Origin: Lentisphaeria bacterium UBA1732
GTDB taxonomy: Bacteria > Verrucomicrobiota > Lentisphaeria > Victivallales > UBA1829
Length of the DNA: 64,000 bases
Direction: 5' to 3'
Assembly: GCA_002315855.1 (NCBI GenBank)
Contig: DCIG01000048.1
Location: 5,582-69,581 of the forward strand
Shown: piece by piece, positions 8,858-18,620 of the stretch
Position numbering within the stretch: position 1 is the first letter of the stretch
How the letters are laid out: every line of letters starts with the position of its first letter
Position numbers and translations under genes: made by a program
Notes under the pieces: generated by a model
Databases searched by the model: none
The model's input: the letters and a program-made list of their open reading frames with translations, nothing else
Told to the model about the DNA's origin: nothing

Positions 8858-10202
8858 GGAGAGCCTCTTTGCGGAACTGTTCCATCACGCCGGGACCGTG
8901 GATGGCACACATCAATTTGACATTTTCCTCATAGAAGACCTGCGGGTCGGGCTGAGGAATCACTTTGCCGGAAGCAGTTTCAAGCAGCAGACGGCGTTTC
9001 GCCTGATCGGAAAGGAAGTGATCGAGGTAGCGCACGAGGGTACGGGGAGAAAGTTCCTCGAATTTCTTCTGTCCGAACTCGCTGACATAGTCTGCGGCGA
9101 TTACGGAAACAAGCTCGGATTTCGGGTCGTGCATCCCCTTTGCCAGCAGGAAATCCAAAATCATCTCCTGACAGCGTATCTCATCGAACATGGGGAAAGT
9201 GAAACCGCGTCCGCGGCTGGAAATATTGGCGGGAAACGCCTGATTTGAGGCGACCGTAACGGCGATATGCGGGGGAAGAGAGAATGTACCGCCGATATTG
9301 GTCCGGAAATAATACCAATCGGTCTGATTCACATCAATATCATCGAAGAAAATCATGAACTTATGACCGGTTATGGGAGTGAGATAATTCACCAAATCTT
9401 CCAGTCCGTGCGAAATGTCATCGGGGTCGGGGACAATGAGGACGATATCGGGGAAATGCCGGGCATAGGCAATGGTCATCTGGGTTTTGCCGAGGCCGGG
9501 CAGACTGGAGATCAGAAGAGGCCAATTCTCCTTTCCCTGAGAAAATGCCTCAAAATGGTCGTAAAACATACGGCGAGCCGACTGGTAGCCGTAAAATTCC
9601 TCCACCTTGCGGATTCCGGGCAAATTCAGAGGGGTAAATGTGCCGTGATGATGCCGGAATATGCGGGAGGAAGCAAACAGGTCGGCAGAACCGTTCTGCT
9701 GTTCCAGTACAGCTCCCAGAGCGGGGAGCTTCATTCGGAGGAACGAAGACTGCACGGAGTCTAAATGAGCGGCGGAAGGACGCACCAAAGGCAGGGAATC
9801 CGCCTGAAGAGCGATTTCCTGATTGATTTTTTCAGCGGCGGCAGGGAAAAGAGTTTTGCAGATTTCGGCAAGACGGACGGCGTGCTGATAATGGAAGAGA
9901 GCATCGGGCGGAATTTTGTCCGGCTTCTCAGAAAATGCGGAACCGCACAAAGCACCGAGGCGTTCAAAAATCAAGGCATCGAGCTGACGGACAAAGGAAC
10001 GCACCTGACAGACCGAGGACAGACGGTTGAGCGCTTCAGCACAAACTTCGCCGGAAGCACCGCCGGAAAGAGTCCGCAACGCAGTCGAAAGAAGACCTGC
10101 AAAGGAAGCGGAGTCCATTGCGACTCCGGTAAAAAGGATGCGGAGAGAGGAAGCGGCATTTGCCGCCATCCGCTGCATTTGATCCGAATTGAGACCGGGC
10201 AT
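8850..10202 (-). CDS. Divergent DUF815-like AAA+ ATPase with helical N-terminal domain
   Basis: Walker A LPGLGKT, Walker B FMIFFDD, sensor VASN, C-terminal SPRT. Confidence 0.65.
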   Translation of the reverse strand: MPGLNSDQMQRMAANAASSLRILFTGVAMDSASFAGLLSTALRTLSGGASGEVCAEALNRLSSVCQVRSFVRQLDALIFERLGALCGSAFSEKPDKIPPDALFHYQHAVRLAEICKTLFPAAAEKINQEIALQADSLPLVRPSAAHLDSVQSSFLRMKLPALGAVLEQQNGSADLFASSRIFRHHHGTFTPLNLPGIRKVEEFYGYQSARRMFYDHFEAFSQGKENWPLLISSLPGLGKTQMTIAYARHFPDIVLIVPDPDDISHGLEDLVNYLTPITGHKFMIFFDDIDVNQTDWYYFRTNIGGTFSLPPHIAVTVASNQAFPANISSRGRGFTFPMFDEIRCQEMILDFLLAKGMHDPKSELVSVIAADYVSEFGQKKFEELSPRTLVRYLDHFLSDQAKRRLLLETASGKVIPQPDPQVFYEENVKLMCAIHGPGVMEQFRKEALHV

Positions 10203-10230
10203 AACAATCCACCTGACGTTATAAGGGACG

Positions 10231-10265
10231 AAAGAAAAGCACCTCCACCGAACAGCAGAGGTGCT
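10231..10265 (-). terminator. Intrinsic terminator after gatA
   Basis: AGCACCTC/GAGGTGCT stem followed by TTTCTTT on the minus strand. Confidence 0.6.
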
Positions 10266-10274
10266 GAAAAATCA

Positions 10275-11762
10275 TCAGCTCAAAGGAGCCAGGAAAGTTT
10301 TCTGCGGACGGGCAAGCTCAAAAGCATGACCGGCGCGGAAGATACGCTGTTCCTCCATCGGCGGAGCAATCAGCTGAATGCCAACGGGGAGACCGGAGGC
10401 AGGTTCCAGTGCGGCAGGGACGCTGATTCCGCAGTTGCCGGAAAGGTTCAGAGCCGTGGTAAAGACATCGGACAGATACATCTGAAGCGGGTCAGCTTTC
10501 GCGCCGAATTCAAATGCGACCGCAGGCGTAACCGGAGTAAGCAGGATGTCGCACTGCTTAAAGGCATCCGTGAAATCCTGACGGAGCAGAGTGCGGACTT
10601 TCTGAGCACGGAGGTAATAGGCATCGTAGTAACCGCTGCTCAACACATAGGTGCCGAGCATGATACGGCGCAGGACTTCCGGACCGAAACCTTCGCCGCG
10701 TGATTTCTCGTAGGTCGAATTGATGTCCGTGGCATTGGGACTGCGGTAACCGTAGCGAATACCGTCGAAACGGGCAAGGTTCGCGCTTGCTTCCGCCGTG
10801 GCGATAATGTAGTAGCAAGCCATGGCATATTTCGTATGCGGGAGGCTGACATCGACAAATTCCGCGCCAAGCGACTTGAACTGTGCAATGGAGTCCATGA
10901 CGACCTGCTTCACGCCGTCATCCATGCCTTCGACCTCGAAGTATTCCTTCGGCAATCCGATTTTCATACCATCGAGGCGGGGATTCTTCTCAAATGAGGT
11001 CAAATCGCCCGCGAAATCAAAGGAATCCTGCGGGAGGCTGGTGGAGTCCTTCTCATCAAACCCGGCAATGAGGGAGAAGAGAGCGGCAGAATCCCAGACG
11101 GTGCGAGTAAACGGTCCAATCTGATCCAAAGAGGAAGCGAACGCCACAAGACCATTTCGTGAAACACGCCCGTAGGTGGGTTTCAGACCGACCACCCCGC
11201 AGAATGCGGCAGGCTGGCGAATACTGCCGCCTGTATCGGAACCAAGAGCCGCCATGGTTTCACACGCGGCGACCGAAGCGGCAGAACCGCCGGAAGAACC
11301 GCCGGGAACACACTTCAGATTCCATGGATTCGCGGTTTTCTGACAGGCACTGTTTTCGCAGGAAGAGCCCATGGCAAATTCATCCATATTGGCACGTCCC
11401 ATGAGGACACAGCCCGCAGATTTCAGCTTGCCGACCACGAAAGCATCGTAGGGGGAAGTAAATCCCTGAAGGATTTTCGAGGCGCAGCTGCACTGTTCGC
11501 CGGAGGAGCAGATATTGTCTTTCAGCGTAACGGGAATCCCGTCGAACGGGCTCAACGGCTGCCCGGCGGCGCGGCGGACATCAGAAGCCTGTGCCTGCGC
11601 CATCACGGATTCAGGGTTGATTGCAAGCAGGGCTTTCACGCGAGGTTCAACCGCCTGAATGCGTTCGAGATAAGCACTGCAAAGAGCAGAGGAAGAGAGG
11701 GAGCCGGAAGCGAGAGCTTCCACGGCTTCACGGATAGTCATACCGGAAATCATACTCATCAT
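10275..11762 (-). CDS. gatA: Asp/Glu-tRNA amidotransferase subunit A
   Basis: Amidase signature GGSSGGSAA, GSDTGGSIRQPA, RFDGIRYG. ATG at 11762 overlaps the gatC stop (ATGA). Confidence 0.96.
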   Translation of the reverse strand: MMSMISGMTIREAVEALASGSLSSSALCSAYLERIQAVEPRVKALLAINPESVMAQAQASDVRRAAGQPLSPFDGIPVTLKDNICSSGEQCSCASKILQGFTSPYDAFVVGKLKSAGCVLMGRANMDEFAMGSSCENSACQKTANPWNLKCVPGGSSGGSAASVAACETMAALGSDTGGSIRQPAAFCGVVGLKPTYGRVSRNGLVAFASSLDQIGPFTRTVWDSAALFSLIAGFDEKDSTSLPQDSFDFAGDLTSFEKNPRLDGMKIGLPKEYFEVEGMDDGVKQVVMDSIAQFKSLGAEFVDVSLPHTKYAMACYYIIATAEASANLARFDGIRYGYRSPNATDINSTYEKSRGEGFGPEVLRRIMLGTYVLSSGYYDAYYLRAQKVRTLLRQDFTDAFKQCDILLTPVTPAVAFEFGAKADPLQMYLSDVFTTALNLSGNCGISVPAALEPASGLPVGIQLIAPPMEEQRIFRAGHAFELARPQKTFLAPLS

Positions 11763-12073
11763 GCGACTCCTTCGCCGGGGAGGACCTGCGGGACTTTCAC
11801 GAGTTCCTCCTCGATGGTAGCGGGAGCATTGGCGAGCATAGATTCGCGAGAGCAAGGCTTTGCGGAAACATCATCGCGCATCACGTTGACGCGAGCCACA
11901 GCATGAGCGGTAGGTTCAATGCCGGTAACATCAAGTTCATTGAGCATTTCCACATAATTCACAATCTGCTCCATTTCAGTCTGGAGTCTGGAAATCATGG
12001 AATCGGGGAGGCTCAAGCGGGCGAGTTCGGCCACCTGAGCGACATCGATTTTGGAATCAGTTTCCGCGGGCAT
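11759..12073 (-). CDS. gatC: Asp/Glu-tRNA amidotransferase subunit C
   Basis: VAELARL, L.ELDV.GIEPT, R.D, LANAP, VPQV. Lies directly upstream of gatA. Confidence 0.93.
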   Translation of the reverse strand: MPAETDSKIDVAQVAELARLSLPDSMISRLQTEMEQIVNYVEMLNELDVTGIEPTAHAVARVNVMRDDVSAKPCSRESMLANAPATIEEELVKVPQVLPGEGVA

Positions 12074-12102
12074 TTGCACTGCGCCTTTCTATATTCGATG
12101 AA

Positions 12103-13758
12103 TTACTTGTGTTCGAGGATGATGGTTTCGGTCTTGGCATCGCAGACTTCGGCGGGGCCGAAGTACTGGATGGGGCCGGGATAAACGAAAGAAGTTTCGA
12201 CCGCCCAAATGTCGCGCTTGGAGGCAAATTCCTTGAAGGGGGCATCATCAAGCTCGACGAGAGCTTTCTTGATGACGGGCTTGTCTTCGCCGTGGCGGTG
12301 TTCGACGTTCATCATGGCAGTCAGCGGAACAGCACCGGCAGTCCATTCGGAAGCGGGCTTGGAGAGGTTGCCGACATAGGACATGTAAGCGGTTGCGCCG
12401 GAACCGATAATGGCGGCGGCATTGTAACCGAGGCTGTAGCAATAGTCCGCATCGAAGTTGGAAGGAGCGGCGCAGCGGCCTTCGTAGCCGAAGAAGTGAG
12501 TCTGCGTACCGAACTTACCGACATACTTGCCTTCCGCTTTCATTTCTTTCAGGCGGTCGCCGACGAGCCGGGCAAGGAGTTTTTCGGTTTCAATCTGGGA
12601 AACCTGAACGTTGCCGTGGGGGTCGCGGTCCATGGAGAGCTGAAGCTGGATGGTGGCGGGGAACTGCTTGTAGACACCGGCACTGTCAGAAGAGAGCTTG
12701 CCGATGATGTATGCGATTTTGTCTTCCGGCTTGGCAATTGCGGCAAATTCATCCGCATTTGCGGCCAGGACGTCATTGAGTTCGCTGATGAGGACCTTGA
12801 TTTCGGGGATAAATTCGATCAGGCCTTCCGGAATGAGGACAACGCCGAAGTTTTCCTTGTTTTCCGCACGCCTGGCAACGATTTGAGCGAGATTGTCAAC
12901 GATACCGGCGAGAGTCTGCTTTTTGGCGGCGACTTCTTCGGAGATAATGGCGGCGTTGACATGGGTCTTCAGAGCGCATTCGAGGGTGATGTGAGAGGCA
13001 GAACGTCCCATGAGCTTGATGAAGTGCCAGTATTTCTTGGCAGAATTGGCATCGCGGGAGATGTTGCCGATGAGTTCGCTGTAAACTTTGCTGGCGGTAT
13101 CGAAACCGAAAGAAGTTTCGATGAATTTATTCTTGAGGTCGCCGTCGATGGTTTTCGGGCATCCGATTACTTGAACGGGGACGTTTTTGGCCTTGTAGTA
13201 TTCCGCAAGCAGGCAGGCATTGGTATTGGAATCGTCGCCGCCGATGATGACGAGAGCAGAGATACCGAGTTTTTCGCAGTTGACAGCACCCTTGTCGAAC
13301 TGTTCGATTTTTTCGAGTTTGGTACGACCGGAACCGATCATGTCAAATCCGCCGGTATTGCGGTATTCCGCCATGAAATCATCGGTGATTTCGACATAGT
13401 TATTGTCAACGAGACCGCTGGGACCGCCTTTGAAACCGAACATGCGGGATGCAGGATTGAGAGACTTAATGCCGTCATAGATACCCGCGATAACATTGTG
13501 TCCGCCGGGAGCCTGACCGCCGGAAAGAATCACGGCGACATTCACGGGCTTGCCGGAAGGCTGTCCGCCAGCAGTGAACTTCAGGTCGGGCATATTGCTG
13601 GTGGTCGGGAAAAGAGCGGCAATCTTGTCGGCATCTGCGAAAGCGGCAAGCGGAGCGCCTTTGGAGACCTGAACAGCTGCGCCATTGGCAAGCGCGGGGG
13701 GAAGTTTGGGAGCATATTCTTTGCGAACCTTCTGCAAAGCGGAAATCATTTTGGACAT
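12103..13758 (-). CDS. pfp: Pyrophosphate-dependent phosphofructokinase
   Basis: SGGQAPGGHNV, IIGGDDSNTNA, PKTIDGDL, MGRSASH, GYEGR. Confidence 0.96.
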   Translation of the reverse strand: MSKMISALQKVRKEYAPKLPPALANGAAVQVSKGAPLAAFADADKIAALFPTTSNMPDLKFTAGGQPSGKPVNVAVILSGGQAPGGHNVIAGIYDGIKSLNPASRMFGFKGGPSGLVDNNYVEITDDFMAEYRNTGGFDMIGSGRTKLEKIEQFDKGAVNCEKLGISALVIIGGDDSNTNACLLAEYYKAKNVPVQVIGCPKTIDGDLKNKFIETSFGFDTASKVYSELIGNISRDANSAKKYWHFIKLMGRSASHITLECALKTHVNAAIISEEVAAKKQTLAGIVDNLAQIVARRAENKENFGVVLIPEGLIEFIPEIKVLISELNDVLAANADEFAAIAKPEDKIAYIIGKLSSDSAGVYKQFPATIQLQLSMDRDPHGNVQVSQIETEKLLARLVGDRLKEMKAEGKYVGKFGTQTHFFGYEGRCAAPSNFDADYCYSLGYNAAAIIGSGATAYMSYVGNLSKPASEWTAGAVPLTAMMNVEHRHGEDKPVIKKALVELDDAPFKEFASKRDIWAVETSFVYPGPIQYFGPAEVCDAKTETIILEHK

Positions 13759-13903
13759 GGAGTGTTCTCCTGTTTTAAAAGAGTTGATTATGTGATATGG
13801 TAGAAAAACTCAAGATTCAGGATGCTTTTCATGGAAAAAGGCATCCACCGGATAAATAATATAATACAGGAAACGACTTTTTTCAAGCGTATCCGAGGTG
13901 ATA

Positions 13904-15121
13904 TTATTCCCACTTCACATCGCCGGAAGAATCCATCACAATACCACTGCCGGCGGCAGAGGATTTTTCCTTCGCGGGAGCAGAAGATTTGCTTTTGGAC
14001 GAGGCGGCAGCTTCCTTCGCGGAAGCACGTTTTGCGGGGGTACTGCTAAATTCGCAGGTGCGCCAGTCAATCTTGTCCATAGCCTCAAAGAAAACAAGCA
14101 TATCATCGAAAGCGGCTTCGGCTTTCTTCACAGAATCATCACGCTTGTTCTCGCGGACAGCGGCTGTGGTATTCTTGTCTTTCTTACTGCCAGTCTGAGC
14201 ATTGTTGATTGAGGTGGAAAGGGTTTTGAACAATAAATCATTCTCGGAAACGGAGACACCTATGCCCGTGCTGTTTCTGCCATTCGAGGGGAGACCGGTT
14301 TCCAAGCCCAAAGTACCGGAAGACAGGACGAGGCTGGAATTATCGTGAAAAATCGTGTTGAAAGCCGTCATGCAGGAAGATAGGCTGACGCTTTTCGATT
14401 CCTCCGGGCAATAGGCATGAAAAACGGGCTGAATTTTTCCGGCAAGCGATTTCATGCGAATCAAGATTTTTTCCTGATCGTTCACCCAGTTGCGATCATC
14501 GCGGAGGCGTTCAATCTGGCTGAAATTCATGCGGAAATTGAGGTATTCGCGCTTGAACTCCAAGTAAGGGAGGATGTGGGTATACTGAGGGGAAACCGAA
14601 TACCTGCCGCTGCGCATACGGAAGTCAAGTTCGCGCAATGCCTGAACATCGTTGGAAAGGAGACGGAAAATCATGCCGCTTCGCTCGGAGAAGTTCATGG
14701 AACCGCCGCCGGAAGTCATACTCAGCTTGTCGGAAAGAGCATTGTCGAGTTTGCTGTTTTTTGAGGGGGAAGAGGTGCGTGTCTCCTGCTGAAGCATGTT
14801 GAGACTGGACATGCGAAACGCAGAACCGACCTGCCCGACATGGGCAACAGGCGCAATGTCCTGACCAAGATTCAGGGGATCAATCGCTTTCTGAAGAGCC
14901 GAAGCCTGAGCCTGCAAATCCGTAAGAGCATCGTTGAACATTTTCCGCATATCCGAACCGGCAGAACTGTCGTGTGCAACTTCAAACATCGCCATCACAT
15001 CCATGAGGCTGTTTTCAAAGCGGTCCAGCAAAGCAGTGTCGCCGGACGAATCGGCGGCGGAAGCCAAAGTGCCGACCATGCAACAAAGAACCACGGTGAT
15101 AAGATGTTTCAGGTTTTTCAT
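13904..15121 (-). CDS. Secreted hypothetical protein
   Basis: N-terminal signal peptide (ASA|A), helical body, Ser/Ala/Lys-rich tail. Confidence 0.7.
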   Translation of the reverse strand: MKNLKHLITVVLCCMVGTLASAADSSGDTALLDRFENSLMDVMAMFEVAHDSSAGSDMRKMFNDALTDLQAQASALQKAIDPLNLGQDIAPVAHVGQVGSAFRMSSLNMLQQETRTSSPSKNSKLDNALSDKLSMTSGGGSMNFSERSGMIFRLLSNDVQALRELDFRMRSGRYSVSPQYTHILPYLEFKREYLNFRMNFSQIERLRDDRNWVNDQEKILIRMKSLAGKIQPVFHAYCPEESKSVSLSSCMTAFNTIFHDNSSLVLSSGTLGLETGLPSNGRNSTGIGVSVSENDLLFKTLSTSINNAQTGSKKDKNTTAAVRENKRDDSVKKAEAAFDDMLVFFEAMDKIDWRTCEFSSTPAKRASAKEAAASSKSKSSAPAKEKSSAAGSGIVMDSSGDVKWE

Positions 15122-15160
15122 TGCTCGAACTCCTTACATTCAGCAATTTCACGAAGAAAA

Positions 15161-15634
15161 TCAGGAAGATTTGCGAGGCAAGGCACGCAGGATAACACCT
15201 GCTTCCCGCAAGATACGGCTGGAGGTGGAATCAATCGAATAATTTTCGTTGTAAACGACCTCCTTGATTCCTGAATTGATGATCATTTTCGCACAGAGCA
15301 GACAGGGGGAAAACGTGGTGTACATGGTGGCATCCTTGATGGAAATCCCATGATAGGCGGCCTGAACAATGGCGTTTTCCTCGCCGTGAGAACAAATGCA
15401 CTCCTCCAGAGCAGTGCCGGAGGGGGCATTGGAGTTGCAACGGGGACAGCCGCCCTCATTGCAGTTTTTGATTCCCCGCGGAGTACCGTTGTAGCCGGTG
15501 GAAATGATGCGTTTGTCTTTGACAATCACGGCGGCGACATGGCGCCGGGTGCAGTTGCTGCGAAGAGCAACGACTTTGGCAATTTCCATGAAATATTCAT
15601 CCCAGTTGGGGCGTTTGACGGAAGAATCACTCAT
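15161..15634 (-). CDS. dCMP deaminase (ComEB family)
   Basis: RP.WDEYFM, STGYNG.P, H.E.NA, PC..C. Confidence 0.9.
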   Translation of the reverse strand: MSDSSVKRPNWDEYFMEIAKVVALRSNCTRRHVAAVIVKDKRIISTGYNGTPRGIKNCNEGGCPRCNSNAPSGTALEECICSHGEENAIVQAAYHGISIKDATMYTTFSPCLLCAKMIINSGIKEVVYNENYSIDSTSSRILREAGVILRALPRKSS

Positions 15635-15688
15635 CGGGGAAACCTTTCTGTGTGCAGATGGTCAAATCAAAACAGGAGAGAAGCAAGC

Positions 15689-17092
15689 TCAAGCCTGCTG
15701 TTCCACAAATTCGTGGTGAAGCGCTTTCTGGACAGCCTCGAAGTTACTGCGCTCGACAACGAACTGGATATTGACCTGACGGAGTGTCTGGTCAATGGCA
15801 AGGACGTTGGCGCCGATGGACGCGAGGGCATTTGCGGCACGGGAAAGGAAGCCCGGAATTTTCATATTGGAACCGATTACGGAGACAATGCCGACTTTTT
15901 CGAGGGTGATTTCGGCAGTGGGGAAATCACGCTGTATGCTTTCCACACAGTCATTCAGATATTTTTCTTTCTGAAGGACGAAGTGTGTAATGGTGTTGGC
16001 GTTGGTGGTCTTCGCGATGTAGTTGATGTCGTTGTCCGCGAGGTGCTTGGTGAGACGGTAGTCGTAGCCGGGTTCGCCGACCATTTCGGGATCGAAGACT
16101 TCGAGTGCGACCAAATCGTTTCGCCCGCAAATCATTTCGACGCGAGGATTCGGAGCGATGTAGCCGCGGCTGATGAGGGTACCGGGATGCTCCGGATCGA
16201 AGGCATTTTTCACGCGGATGGGAATGCCTTTCATTTCCATTTCCTTGGCGGCCTTGGCATGAATGGCTTCCATGCCCATGTCGGAAAGCTGGTCGGCGAT
16301 ATCGAAGTTGGTGTGTCCGATAATCTGAACTTTGTCCAGCCCGATCAGTTTCGGGTCGCCGGTGGAAAGATGAAATTCCTTGTGAATGATGCCTTCAGCG
16401 GCACCGGTCAGGACGGCGATTTTGCTGAAGGTGATTTCGCTGTAGCCACGGTCGAAACGAAGCATGATGCCGGGGTCGAATTTCACGTAGCCGGTAACGA
16501 TGGGGAGTTCTTCCTCGAATTTGACATCGCGGAAGCCGTTCATAATGGCTTCGTCGAGGGTAAGAGACTCGGTGGAACGCCAGCCGGAAAGGTCAACGAA
16601 ACGGGCATTTATGCCGTTTGCTTTCAGAATCACAGCGGAGTTGTACGCGCTGTGGACTTCGCCCACGGCGGCGAGAAATTCGCGGGTCATGGGGAGGTAG
16701 TCATCGGGACGGGAGAAACCGAAAGAACGCATACTTTCCAAATTGGACAGGAAAGTATGGATGTCATTCAGCCGGCTGTTGATGAACGCATTTGCGGCAT
16801 CGACATCAAGGCCGAGATTTTCGAAAGAATGGTTGTATTCCTGCATTTTCGCGCGAACAGATTCCAAGGCGATGGGCCAAAGATTGTCGCCCAGCATGAA
16901 ATGACCGTACACACCGGGAGCACCGGTTTTCTTGTCTTCCAGCAAAAGGTTTGTGATTCCGGAATAGGCGGAAACCACGAAAACGCGGTTGTACATTTTA
17001 TCGGGGGTGCGGCTGCCGATGATGACATTCGACATGATTTCCCCGAAACGGGACATACTGGTCCCGCCGATTTTTTCGACAGTGTGGCTCAT
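15689..17092 (-). CDS. Aspartate kinase, ectoine-type (Ask_Ect-like) subfamily
   Basis: HTVEKIGGTSMSRF, VVSAYSGITNLLLE.KKTG.PGVY, DRGYSE.TFS, IIHKEFHLS..DP, C-terminal ACT domains. Confidence 0.88.
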   Translation of the reverse strand: MSHTVEKIGGTSMSRFGEIMSNVIIGSRTPDKMYNRVFVVSAYSGITNLLLEDKKTGAPGVYGHFMLGDNLWPIALESVRAKMQEYNHSFENLGLDVDAANAFINSRLNDIHTFLSNLESMRSFGFSRPDDYLPMTREFLAAVGEVHSAYNSAVILKANGINARFVDLSGWRSTESLTLDEAIMNGFRDVKFEEELPIVTGYVKFDPGIMLRFDRGYSEITFSKIAVLTGAAEGIIHKEFHLSTGDPKLIGLDKVQIIGHTNFDIADQLSDMGMEAIHAKAAKEMEMKGIPIRVKNAFDPEHPGTLISRGYIAPNPRVEMICGRNDLVALEVFDPEMVGEPGYDYRLTKHLADNDINYIAKTTNANTITHFVLQKEKYLNDCVESIQRDFPTAEITLEKVGIVSVIGSNMKIPGFLSRAANALASIGANVLAIDQTLRQVNIQFVVERSNFEAVQKALHHEFVEQQA

Positions 17093-17097
17093 GATGT

Positions 17098-18393
17098 TCA
17101 GATTTCCTCCATGCGAAGAACGCAGACTTTGCCATACATGGCATCAATGTGTTCAAGGTCATTCACGGCGGCCTGCATTTCGCTTTCGCGGGTCTCGTGA
17201 GTAACAGCGACAATGGTTACGCGGCCGTCTTTGTCGGAATCATCCGGCTGAACGAGACGGGAAACACTAATTTTACGGTTGGACAGGATGCTTGCGACCT
17301 GAGCAAGCACTCCGGGACGGTCGTCCACAAGCATACGGAGATAGTAGCCGGTAACGATTTCATCCATGGAAACCATGCCGGAACTTTCCACGGACTTGCG
17401 ATAGGCGGGGATGCGCTGCTGAATGCCCTGAGCCAGGTTCAGAGCGGCATCGGCAATATCCGAAACGACGGCACTTGCGGTAGCGGCACGGCCTGCACCA
17501 CGTCCATAGAAGAGAGTATCGCCGACGAAATCGCCATTAACCATGACACCATTGAAAACATCGCTGATTCCGGCAAGCGGAGCATGAGCAGGAATCAAGG
17601 TCGGATGGACGCGGACTTCGGTACGGAAATCGGCATTCTGCTTGATGATGCCGAGGAGCTTGATTTTGTAGCCGAGGTCTTCGGCGAAACGGATGTCCAG
17701 CAGAGACACGTCGCGAATGCCCTGGACGTAGATTTCATCGGTGGTGTGCCAGCCGCCATAGGCAAGCGAGGCAAGAATCACAGCTTTGTGCGCGGTGTCG
17801 AAACCATCGATATCCAAAGACGGATTTGCTTCGGCATAGCCGAGACGCTGAGCGTCTTTCAGGACTTCTTCAAACCCAAGACCTTCGCGTTCCATACGGG
17901 TCAGGATATAGTTGCAAGTACCGTTCAGGATGCCATAGATGCGGTTGATGCGGTTGCCGACAAAACCTTCGCGCAGAGCTTTTATAATGGGGATGCCGCC
18001 GCCAACGCTGGCTTCGTAGCAAATCGTACCGCCGCCGGCTTCTGCCGCAGCAAAGAGTTCGGGACCGTAATCGGCGAGGAGAGCTTTATTCGCCGTAACC
18101 ACAGCTTTGCCCTGCTTGAGAGCAGACAGGATAAATTTGCGGGACACCGTCGTGCCGCCAATCAATTCAACAACGATGTCGCTTTTTGCGATGACAGATT
18201 CGGTTTCATCCGTTAAGATGCCAGACGGGATGGAAACACCGCGATCCGACGTAGTGTCCAAATCGCCAATACCAGTCAATTCAATATCCACGCCGATACG
18301 ACGTGAAATGACAACACGATTTTTCAAAAGGCAATCGGCGACACCTGCGCCGACCGTACCGAAACCAAGAATACCGACTTTAATGTGTTTCAT
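17098..18393 (-). CDS. hom: Homoserine dehydrogenase with ACT domain
   Basis: G.GTVG, VVTANK, EASVGGGIP, GILNGTCNYIL, GYAEA.P..D, G.GAG..ATASAV. Confidence 0.96.
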   Translation of the reverse strand: MKHIKVGILGFGTVGAGVADCLLKNRVVISRRIGVDIELTGIGDLDTTSDRGVSIPSGILTDETESVIAKSDIVVELIGGTTVSRKFILSALKQGKAVVTANKALLADYGPELFAAAEAGGGTICYEASVGGGIPIIKALREGFVGNRINRIYGILNGTCNYILTRMEREGLGFEEVLKDAQRLGYAEANPSLDIDGFDTAHKAVILASLAYGGWHTTDEIYVQGIRDVSLLDIRFAEDLGYKIKLLGIIKQNADFRTEVRVHPTLIPAHAPLAGISDVFNGVMVNGDFVGDTLFYGRGAGRAATASAVVSDIADAALNLAQGIQQRIPAYRKSVESSGMVSMDEIVTGYYLRMLVDDRPGVLAQVASILSNRKISVSRLVQPDDSDKDGRVTIVAVTHETRESEMQAAVNDLEHIDAMYGKVCVLRMEEI

Positions 18394-18554
18394 TGGAAAA
18401 CTCCGGGAACATTGTATGAGTAAAAGTTAAATGAAATTCTCAATAATATACCATGTTCTGTCAAAAATGAAAGCAGATTCTGCAAATTTTCGCAAATTAA
18501 TTACAAGACAAGGAGGGAAATGCGTCAGTTTCAGGAGAAAAGCAAACTTTCAGC

Positions 18555-18583
18555 TTGCATTCTTCGAGCATGTACGCTATATT
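18555..18583 (+). promoter_or_regulatory. sigma70-like promoter
   Basis: TTGCAT-17-TATATT upstream of the AAA/PD-(D/E)XK gene. Confidence 0.6.
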
Positions 18584-18620
18584 AATGAAAAAGGAAGAAT
18601 CCGCACAGAAAAGGTGATGT

